In this document: one piece after another, positions 1 to 6,284 of the stretch
Layout: each line of letters begins with the position of its first letter
Numbering within the stretch: the stretch's first letter is position 1
Source of the DNA: a candidate division FCPU426 bacterium
GTDB lineage: Bacteria > Oederibacteriota > JAAXVQ01 > JAUVAV01
Length of the DNA: 12,510 nt
Direction of reading: 5' to 3'
Assembly (NCBI GenBank): GCA_030637655.1
Contig: DAOWGI010000077.1
Location: 1-12,510, forward strand
The notes under the pieces: model-generated
Told to the model about the DNA's origin: nothing
Databases searched by the model: none
The model's input: the letters and a program-made list of their open reading frames with translations, nothing else
Made by a program: the position numbers and the translations under genes

Positions 1-274
1 GCGCTAGCGGTTACGGTCGGACTTGACGTGGCTGTCGCTGTATATGCTACTGTGGTAGTTCCATACGGCGTGGTGGTAATAGTTGGTGTATATGCCACGG
101 TGGTGGTCCCATACGGAGTGGCGCTAGCGGTTACGGTCGGACTTGACGTGGCTGTCGCTGTATATGCTACTGTGGTAGTTCCATACGGCGTGGTGGTAAT
201 AGTTGGTGTATATGCCACGGTGGTGGTCCCATACGGAGTAGCGCTAGAGGTTACGGTCGGACTTGACGTGGCTG
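1..274. repeat. 120-bp tandem repeat, at least 2.3 near-identical copies (coding 40-aa unit)
   Basis: 1-120 and 121-240 differ only at 120/240. 241-274 matches 1-34 except at position 248. Each unit contains the sub-repeat PYGTTTVAYT twice. Confidence 0.97.
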
Positions 275-338
275 CAAAAACTACTTGCGTACTTATACTG
301 CATGATATCAGTATTGCTAATAGTATTCTTCCTCTCAT
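1..338 (-). CDS. Secreted Thr-rich tandem-repeat surface protein, N-terminal part (runs off the left edge)
   Basis: Not in the ORF track. ATG at 338 preceded by GGAGGT (350-345, 6-nt spacing). Translation MRGRILLAILISCSISTQVVFA|ATSSPTVTSSATPYGTTTVAYTPTITTTPYGTTTVAYTATATSSPTV... gives a Sec-type signal peptide (V-F-A) followed by 40-aa Thr-rich repeats. No stop before the window edge. Confidence 0.9.
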   Translation of the reverse strand, partial: MRGRILLAILISCSISTQVVFAATSSPTVTSSATPYGTTTVAYTPTITTTPYGTTTVAYTATATSSPTVTASATPYGTTTVAYTPTITTTPYGTTTVAYTATATSSPTVTAS

Positions 339-344
339 GGCTAC

Positions 345-350
345 ACCTCC
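345..350 (-). promoter_or_regulatory. Shine-Dalgarno GGAGGT for the gene starting at 338
   Basis: acctcc on the plus strand, 6 nt from the ATG. Confidence 0.85.
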
Positions 351-360
351 AAGTGTGATT

Positions 361-415
361 GGCAGAGACACGGCATCCGACATCGGTTTACGAAGTCGGA
401 TGCCGTGTCTCTGCC
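361..415. repeat. Perfect 21-bp inverted repeat / REP-like hairpin
   Basis: GGCAGAGACACGGCATCCGAC (361-381) is the exact reverse complement of 395-415. The 13-nt centre can form 3 more pairs (TCG/CGA). Confidence 0.9.
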
Positions 416-479
416 TTAGCTCTAGTATGTTTATCGCATGTTCTGTTTTTAGAGGTGTCATGGTTAGGTAAAACATATT

Positions 480-514
480 TCATGTTTTTGTAAAAGCCTT
501 TTACAAAAACATGA
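480..514. promoter_or_regulatory. Perfect 17-bp AT-rich inverted repeat, candidate operator
   Basis: TCATGTTTTTGTAAAAG-C-CTTTTACAAAAACATGA. A degenerate third copy, TCATGGTTAGGTAAAAC, lies at 458-474. The palindrome is certain; the regulatory role is inferred. Confidence 0.55.
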
Positions 515-670
515 CAATTTCACATTGTAATCAAAAACTGATTTCGATCATTTCCTTGTATCCACCTGCGCTGCATTTATACCGTCAGTTAAAATGACAA
601 ACAATAAAATGCGCTTGACTGACATGTTATGGGACTGAATAGGGAACAAGGAAATAATATGATTAATCTT

Positions 671-696
671 AGGGCGACCGCAAGGGTCGCCCCTAC
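671..696 (-). repeat. GTAG-family REP element
   Basis: Minus strand reads GTAG-GGGCGACC-CTTGC-GGTCGCCC-T: a GTAG foot plus an 8-bp GC-rich palindrome, 12 nt downstream of the stop codon at 709. Confidence 0.8.
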
Positions 697-708
697 ATAT
701 ACGATCGT

Positions 709-2682
709 TTATTTTGTTTTGGGAATGGTTAAGCGTATTTCAACCCGCCGATTGTGGGAACGGCCGATTTCTGTGGCCAAGGTGTTTTCCGGTCTGCTCA
801 TACCGTATCCGGTTAATGAGATATTCTCCTGACTTACATACGGCTGTTGGGCCAGGAAGTTTGCCACCATATGTGCCCGCTCTTTGGAGATAACCAAATT
901 GGCGGCAATGGATCCGATATCATCAGCATGCCCTTCACATACAGCGCTACTTACGTTCGGATGGCGGCGTATGATTTCTGCGGCAGCCAAACATTTATCC
1001 GTCATACCGGGGTCCAGGACCGCGCTGTTAAAATCAAACAATATCCCATAAATCAATATCCCGATTTTACCGGGCAAAGCAGTAACCTGTTTGGCTGGAA
1101 TAGCCCGGATGTCTTTGGAGACCAAAGCCTCGGTCTGATCCAAAAATGCCACAGCCAGATCAAATTCATATGTCAAGCTGGTATCCGCGACCTCTCCATC
1201 CGTCTGTTTTCCATCCCATAATACTTCGGCCGGCAAGGAATCCTGGCCGGAAATAACCCGCACTACACTCCGGTCATACTTTTGCCGAATAGTAAGGCGC
1301 CAATTGCTCACTTCCGGACAACCGGCAAAAACAAAACGGACTCCTGGTTCGATGGTCGTTTTATCAGCAAACTGAAGCTTTACAGCCGGCTGCAATTGCG
1401 GCAGCTTATGCGCTGAGACGGTTTTTTCGTCCGCTTTAAATATATACTGGTACTTCTTATTCTGGGTTACCAGAGTTCCGGCCGCATCCCGGCCATCCCA
1501 GTCTAATTCTTTGGGCGGCATGCCCACCCCGGAAAAAGTCTTAATGATTTTACCGCCATAATCCTTGATCTCGAAGGTCCAGGCTTTGATCCCAGGCGCC
1601 AGGTCCGGTGTTTTAAAAAGCAGCTTCCCTTCAAATTTACGCGGTGAAGTAGTCAGGGATTTTACTTGCGGCTGCACCTGCCTGGCCACCTTCAACTCCA
1701 CGATCGGCTCTACTGCCGTTGGTTTGGATTCCGGATTGACAATTTCCCTAGGTGTAAATTCCGGCTCTAATTCATTGCGTATATAATAGGTTAAGGTAAA
1801 GCGCTGATTGTCTCCCAAACCATTATAGGGCTGGTAGGCATAATCCAGTCCAAGATCACCATAACGAAGACCTGCCCCCACAGAGAGTGTTCCCATATCA
1901 TCAAAGAGCCGGTATCCGGTCCGGATAAACAACAGCTCTTGTATGCTGTATTCCAACCCCAGCAAAACAATGCTCTTTTCATCACCTTCCAGCGGTTGCT
2001 GCAAATCCGCCCGCAGACTGAGCTCATGACCGGGAATCGGATCCAGATCTACAGCCACACCGGCTAAAAGCAGAGCAGGCAAAGGATCCGCTTCTGTCTC
2101 AAAAGCGCTCATGATTCCCAGGTTTTGTACTGACACGCCCAGTGTTAACGGGATAGCATCAATTAGGTACTGTGCGCCCAAATCCAGAGCAACACCCTGA
2201 CTGCTGTAGCCTGCCAACACACTCTCGAAAGCCTTGAGTCCCAACCCCACCTGAATGCCAAATCCCAATTTCCGTCCATGCGCCATATGAAAGAGTAAAT
2301 CATGATTTTCCAGAGCGCCGGTCTCATCTCCATACTCATCGACCTCAATAAAATCATAGGTGCTGGCATAGAAAAAGCGTAAGGCCCAATCACCGCCCAG
2401 CCAATCCGGATACACACCTTCGAGTTGCTCGTAGGCAGTATCTATAAAAGACGCTACATGGGTAAAGGAGAGTGATATCGTTTGCTGTCCCAATACCCCG
2501 GCTGGATTCCAGACCAGAGCATTACTACCTGATTCTACGGCTGTACCCGCACCGACTGCCGAGGCGGCGGCAGGAACATTAACGCGCAAAAACTCCGCAC
2601 CGGTCGTTCCCGCACCTTGCAACGAAACGGCTCGTAACACAATTCCCATGATAAAAATGAACCATACAATTTTTTTTAGCAT
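709..2682 (-). CDS. PorV/PorQ (UPF0164/FadL-like) outer-membrane barrel fused to two FlgD-Ig-like domains and a C-terminal OmpA peptidoglycan-binding domain, 657 aa
   Basis: Signal peptide; GTTGAEFLRV...A.G....A..WNPAG barrel N-terminal motif; alternating beta-strand pattern ending GLDYAY...QRFTLTY (~aa 298); two W-x(n)-WDG FlgD-like repeats; OmpA motifs ILFDFNSAVL, EGHADDIG, ISKERA, GYGMSRP, NRRVEI. Confidence 0.85.
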   Translation of the reverse strand: MLKKIVWFIFIMGIVLRAVSLQGAGTTGAEFLRVNVPAAASAVGAGTAVESGSNALVWNPAGVLGQQTISLSFTHVASFIDTAYEQLEGVYPDWLGGDWALRFFYASTYDFIEVDEYGDETGALENHDLLFHMAHGRKLGFGIQVGLGLKAFESVLAGYSSQGVALDLGAQYLIDAIPLTLGVSVQNLGIMSAFETEADPLPALLLAGVAVDLDPIPGHELSLRADLQQPLEGDEKSIVLLGLEYSIQELLFIRTGYRLFDDMGTLSVGAGLRYGDLGLDYAYQPYNGLGDNQRFTLTYYIRNELEPEFTPREIVNPESKPTAVEPIVELKVARQVQPQVKSLTTSPRKFEGKLLFKTPDLAPGIKAWTFEIKDYGGKIIKTFSGVGMPPKELDWDGRDAAGTLVTQNKKYQYIFKADEKTVSAHKLPQLQPAVKLQFADKTTIEPGVRFVFAGCPEVSNWRLTIRQKYDRSVVRVISGQDSLPAEVLWDGKQTDGEVADTSLTYEFDLAVAFLDQTEALVSKDIRAIPAKQVTALPGKIGILIYGILFDFNSAVLDPGMTDKCLAAAEIIRRHPNVSSAVCEGHADDIGSIAANLVISKERAHMVANFLAQQPYVSQENISLTGYGMSRPENTLATEIGRSHNRRVEIRLTIPKTK

Positions 2683-2705
2683 GTATTACTCATCCAATCC
2701 TTTGT

Positions 2706-2739
2706 TTAGATTAGATTAGATTAGATTAGATTAGATTAG
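2706..2739. repeat. Pentanucleotide microsatellite (TTAGA)6.8
   Basis: Six perfect TTAGA units (2706-2735) plus TTAG. The final TTA (2736-2738) is the TAA stop of the upstream gene. Confidence 0.97.
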
Positions 2740-4502
2740 CGTATAACGACCATCTTTCTCTTTTCTGTAAAGCTCTCGGTCTCGATATACACAATATAAA
2801 TACCCGAACGAACCACACTGCCGTTTTTATTCACACCGTTCCAGATCGCCTCAAAATTTCCAGCTTGAACCACCTCATCTACTAAGGTTTTGATCAACTT
2901 ACCGCGCAGCGAATAAATTTTCACTTTCACACGTTCTGATTTTTCCAGGTACACGGCGATCTGCATCGGCCGCTGGGTGCTGGGTTTCAGCACATTACCG
3001 CGAATGACTACTGGTGTGTCTTTATCCGGCTTTCTTTTTAGTTCTGTTGGCGTCACAGTATGAGTAAGCACATCCGGAGTCGGATGCTCATCCGGCACAT
3101 ACGTCATGGTAGGTGTGAATGTTTCCTGCTGTACAGTAATCGTGACTGTCTCTGTGGGTGTAAATGTATTGCTAGTTATAATTGGTGTTCCAGTCAATGT
3201 TTGAGTCTCGGTCGAAGTTTCTGTCGGGGTCTCGGTCAGGATCTTGGTCGGGGTTGCGGTCGGAGTTGCGGTCGGAGTGATAGTAAAAGTGTCAGTCGGA
3301 ACGAACAGAGTCGGCGTGGCTGTTGTGGTAAGCAAGGTATCATCCCAGTGTTTTACATACACTCTGCTTTTAAGCGTTGCATCCCATTCTTCCCATGTGA
3401 CATATGGTGTTCCATTAACCACTGTAATACTTGGATCTTTCGCACCAAAATTGACATCCATATTCAAACTACCGCCTATTTGTTCCCAATTAGAGCCATT
3501 GTATTTTTTAACATAGACCTGGGTAGTATTCCCGTCCGATTCGCACCAGGCCACAAATGGAGTTCCAACGTACAACGCAATGCCGGCCGAATGCGCATTC
3601 CGGCCCGTACTGGCATTCAAACTTCCGGTCCCCACCGGCTGCCATTCCGTCATATTAAAATATTTAACAAAGACTTCAGTATTCAAACCCGTATGCTCTT
3701 CCCAGGCCACATACAGTCCGACTGATTCGGCAGCTATATCCGGATTTTGCGCAGACTTATTGCCATCCATATTCAGACTACCGTTCCCTACCACTTCCCA
3801 GGTAGTTGCGTTCCAGGTTTTTACATACACCTGCGTTGCACCACTCGTTGCTTCATACCAGGTAACAAGAGGGTTTAAATCACCGGCTATTCGCGGCCGA
3901 AAGGCGTTGTAATTACCATCATAATTTAATTCCGTACCCATTGAATCCCATGCCGATCCATTGTATTGCGCAACTTTTATTTTGTGCATTCCTTCATCTT
4001 CATCCTGCCAGCACACTATAGGGGTTGAACCATACAAAGTAATATCCGGTGAGTGAGCATTGCTGTCAGTGATCATATTGATTTTTTCGCCCAGCGGGAT
4101 CCAGGTTGTACCTGAATAACAACTCACAAAGAATTTATATTTCAAACTTGTATTTTGTTCCAACCAAGCAGCATAGGGTGTATTGGCACTATCAACAATC
4201 AAGCGTGGCGCGCACGCGGTATGGGTTTTCACCCGATTGAGACTTTCTCCCGGCTCTGTCCAGTCTGTTGTTTCCCATATGCTCACGTAAATCTGATCTA
4301 CTTCACCTGCCGATTCACTCCAGATGACATGAGGTAAAAGAGTGCCGTAATGATCTGATTCTATGTGCGGAGAAGATGCAGACTCGTCTCCATTGACACT
4401 CAGGGAAGTACTGCCATCCGGTACCCATTCCGCCCTTCCGGGCACTATCAGGAGTAAAAGCATGCACAAGCTCATGAAAATTCGGCAAATAATTTTTTTC
4501 AT
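2736..4502 (-). CDS. Secreted protein: signal peptide, 7-repeat beta-propeller, Thr/Pro-rich linker, C-terminal FlgD-Ig/T9SS type A-like sorting domain (588 aa)
   Basis: Start moved from GTG 4544 to ATG 4502 (AGGTGG SD upstream; MKKIICRIF...PGRA|E signal peptide). Seven ~50-aa repeats W..G.SLN...A..P.I...P.V.W.E...V.V..[WY]NG (4427-3339). TPTATPT linker. CTD ..IYSLRGKLIKTL..WNG..SGIYIVYI..KMVVIR. Confidence 0.88.
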   Translation of the reverse strand: MKKIICRIFMSLCMLLLLIVPGRAEWVPDGSTSLSVNGDESASSPHIESDHYGTLLPHVIWSESAGEVDQIYVSIWETTDWTEPGESLNRVKTHTACAPRLIVDSANTPYAAWLEQNTSLKYKFFVSCYSGTTWIPLGEKINMITDSNAHSPDITLYGSTPIVCWQDEDEGMHKIKVAQYNGSAWDSMGTELNYDGNYNAFRPRIAGDLNPLVTWYEATSGATQVYVKTWNATTWEVVGNGSLNMDGNKSAQNPDIAAESVGLYVAWEEHTGLNTEVFVKYFNMTEWQPVGTGSLNASTGRNAHSAGIALYVGTPFVAWCESDGNTTQVYVKKYNGSNWEQIGGSLNMDVNFGAKDPSITVVNGTPYVTWEEWDATLKSRVYVKHWDDTLLTTTATPTLFVPTDTFTITPTATPTATPTKILTETPTETSTETQTLTGTPIITSNTFTPTETVTITVQQETFTPTMTYVPDEHPTPDVLTHTVTPTELKRKPDKDTPVVIRGNVLKPSTQRPMQIAVYLEKSERVKVKIYSLRGKLIKTLVDEVVQAGNFEAIWNGVNKNGSVVRSGIYIVYIETESFTEKRKMVVIR

Positions 4503-4623
4503 TTTCGCCCACCTGCTTTCCGAAGAATCATTGACATCCCTCACTGCCCCGGATCAAAGACTCATACATATATTAAATATCCAGCATGCAACCACTCTGT
4601 TTACTAATTATATTTACGGCATT

Positions 4624-5661
4624 TTATTTGATTACCGCAATTTTAAATCTTTTTTTCTCTATATCTCCGCTGATCACTAACATATATATGCCACTGGCCG
4701 TTTTCCCGCCGGATTCCGTACTGCCGTCCCATTCCAGGACATGGGTGCCTGCCGGTAATTCCTGGTCTATAATTTTCTTCACCAGGCGCCCCTTGCGCGA
4801 GAAAACCCTCGCTTGTACCTGAGCGGGTTCAGCCAATAAAATTTCCAGACGTGTTTTCTCATTCCGATTGATGTGAATTTTATTCTTCAGCAGACGTACC
4901 TGCCGCATGGTTGGCATTTGATCTTTTTTCTCCTCTTGCGCTGAACTGTTGGCAGCCATTTTTTTACTCTCACTCTCAGTTGATCTGTCCTGGGGACTTT
5001 TCCGGAACAGACGCGGCGGTTTATAGCTATAGCGAGGACGAACCTGCTCTCCGGATTTCTTTTTCCGTTGGGGTTCTTCTTTTACCTCCTGCGGTAAGGA
5101 CGCTTTCTCAACACGCTCCTCTTCCGGCTTTATCTCCTGATGTGGTTCCAACTCAACGCTTTGCCGAGGAACAGCATTGACTACTTTTTCTTCTGAGGCT
5201 TTCTCCTGCGCGCGTTGAGACCTTTCAAGTATTGGTTCAATTGGCGTGACTTCTAAAGCCACAGGTTCCGGTGTGAGCACTTCCGGTTGTTCTGCCACCA
5301 TAGGCGGCCGGGGTGCCTGGGGAGTGGTTTTTTCCTGAAACCATTGATTGGAAACAACCACTAAAGCGAAAGCCGCGGCAACCACTCCCAACGCGCCCAG
5401 AGTGGCCGGTGCCCACCGAAAAGAAATCCGCGAGGGCGCGGAAACATTTCCGAGTTTTTGCCACACAGCGTCATTAAAACGCTCCGGCGCTTTCACAGGC
5501 GTTTCCGCGTGCAGCGTTTCATGCACCAACTTTTGCCAGGCATAGGATTCCATGCACTTCGTGCAGGTATGCAGATGCTCTCGAAGTTTTGCCTCAGCTT
5601 CAGACGACAGCTTCCGGTCTATCGCTGCCAGGATTTGCTCTTGCCAATACTTGCATCCCAT
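4624..5661 (-). CDS. Zinc-binding (zf-HC2/ZAS) transmembrane anti-sigma factor with a C-terminal FlgD-Ig/T9SS-CTD-like domain, 345 aa
   Basis: MGC..W...I...D..L...HLHTCTKC (HxxxCxxC). One TM helix (ATLGALGVVAAAFALVVVS), a Pro/Glu/Lys-rich spacer, and a 92-aa C-terminal domain ending WDG...SGIYMLVI...KIAVIK. Starts 2 nt after the sigma stop, with SD GGAGGG inside the sigma 3' end. Confidence 0.88.
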   Translation of the reverse strand: MGCKYWQEQILAAIDRKLSSEAEAKLREHLHTCTKCMESYAWQKLVHETLHAETPVKAPERFNDAVWQKLGNVSAPSRISFRWAPATLGALGVVAAAFALVVVSNQWFQEKTTPQAPRPPMVAEQPEVLTPEPVALEVTPIEPILERSQRAQEKASEEKVVNAVPRQSVELEPHQEIKPEEERVEKASLPQEVKEEPQRKKKSGEQVRPRYSYKPPRLFRKSPQDRSTESESKKMAANSSAQEEKKDQMPTMRQVRLLKNKIHINRNEKTRLEILLAEPAQVQARVFSRKGRLVKKIIDQELPAGTHVLEWDGSTESGGKTASGIYMLVISGDIEKKRFKIAVIK

Positions 5662-5663
5662 AA

Positions 5664-6284
5664 TTAAAAATTACCCTCCACCCGGTTTCCCTGCCAGGTT
5701 TGAATAATATGCCGCAGATCTTCCCGCGCGCGAAACAGCCGGGATTTTACCGTGCCTTCCGGCAATCCTAAAATTTGAGCGACTTCAGACACATCCATTC
5801 CTTCCAGTTCTTTTAAAACAATGACCTGGCGGAAACGATGATCCAGCTGATTAATCGCGCGTAAAATCATCTCTCGCAACTCTCCTGACTGAGCCGGTAT
5901 CTCCGGACTGTCAAACGACTGCGGTTGTAAATATTCCCGTTCTTTTAAAGCTTCATCATATAATACCCGGCGACGGGCATTTTTCTTAGCTTGCGTGTAA
6001 ACAATATTCACCGCAATTCTGTAAAGCCAGGTAAAGAATCCGGATTCCTGCCGGAATTTTCCCAGACTCCGGTACGCCCGTACAAATACCTCTTGGGCAA
6101 TATCCTCCGCTTCTTCGGAATTCAAAAGCATATGATAGGCTAAGGAAAAGACTCGATCCCGATAGCGGGTAACCAGCATGTCAAATGCCTCGTTATCTCC
6201 CTTTAGAGTCCGCTCAATCAGATTTTTATCCTTCGCTTGCCTATTATTTAGACTGGAATTGTTGTTTTGTGGTTCCCGGTTCAT
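5664..6284 (-). CDS. ECF RNA polymerase sigma-70 factor (RpoE/SigW-like), 206 aa
   Basis: Region 2 motifs GDNEAFDMLV.RY, EAEDIAQEVF, FFTWLYRIAVN and region 4 motif EVAQILGLPEGTVKSRLFRAR. ATGA overlap with the upstream gene at 6281-6284. Confidence 0.95.
   Translation of the reverse strand: MNREPQNNNSSLNNRQAKDKNLIERTLKGDNEAFDMLVTRYRDRVFSLAYHMLLNSEEAEDIAQEVFVRAYRSLGKFRQESGFFTWLYRIAVNIVYTQAKKNARRRVLYDEALKEREYLQPQSFDSPEIPAQSGELREMILRAINQLDHRFRQVIVLKELEGMDVSEVAQILGLPEGTVKSRLFRAREDLRHIIQTWQGNRVEGNF

Noticed and set aside
1-274. Possible CRISPR array
   Set aside because: Contiguous 120-bp units with no unique spacers, in frame within a CDS, and no cas genes nearby.
28-471. 147-aa Val-rich plus-strand ORF
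   Set aside because: Antisense shadow of the Thr-rich minus-strand gene, which has the SD and signal peptide; ACN codons read as V/G/A in the shadow frame.
517-670. Riboswitch or sRNA in the long intergenic region
   Set aside because: No recognisable aptamer consensus or stable structure beyond the listed palindromes; an Rfam/Infernal scan would be needed to exclude one.
629-832. 67-aa plus-strand ORF
   Set aside because: Overlaps the OmpA gene antisense, and its RATARVAPT segment is simply the translated REP palindrome.
2706-2739. Telomere-like repeat or eukaryotic contamination
   Set aside because: TTAGA is not TTAGG/TTAGGG, is only 34 bp, and is embedded between two bacterial genes, overlapping a stop codon.
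3060-3912. Plus-strand ORFs 3060-3725, 3244-3516 and 3580-3912
   Set aside because: Antisense shadows of the propeller/Thr-rich gene with no recognisable motifs.
4503-4544. GTG start at 4544 given by the ORF track
   Set aside because: ATG 4502 has an SD-like AGGTGG and begins a typical MKK-hydrophobic signal peptide; the 14-aa extension adds nothing.
4607-4635. Sigma70 promoter (TATAAT at 4612-4607) for the 588-aa gene
   Set aside because: No credible -35 at 16-18 nt (GTAATC) and no extended TG. The region is AT-rich, so the match may be chance. No convincing ECF promoter could be identified either.
4624-4902. Flagellar (flgD) gene assignment for the FlgD-Ig-like domains
   Set aside because: No FlgD N-terminal hook-capping region and no flagellar genes in the window; the domain is terminal and matches the sorting-domain pattern.
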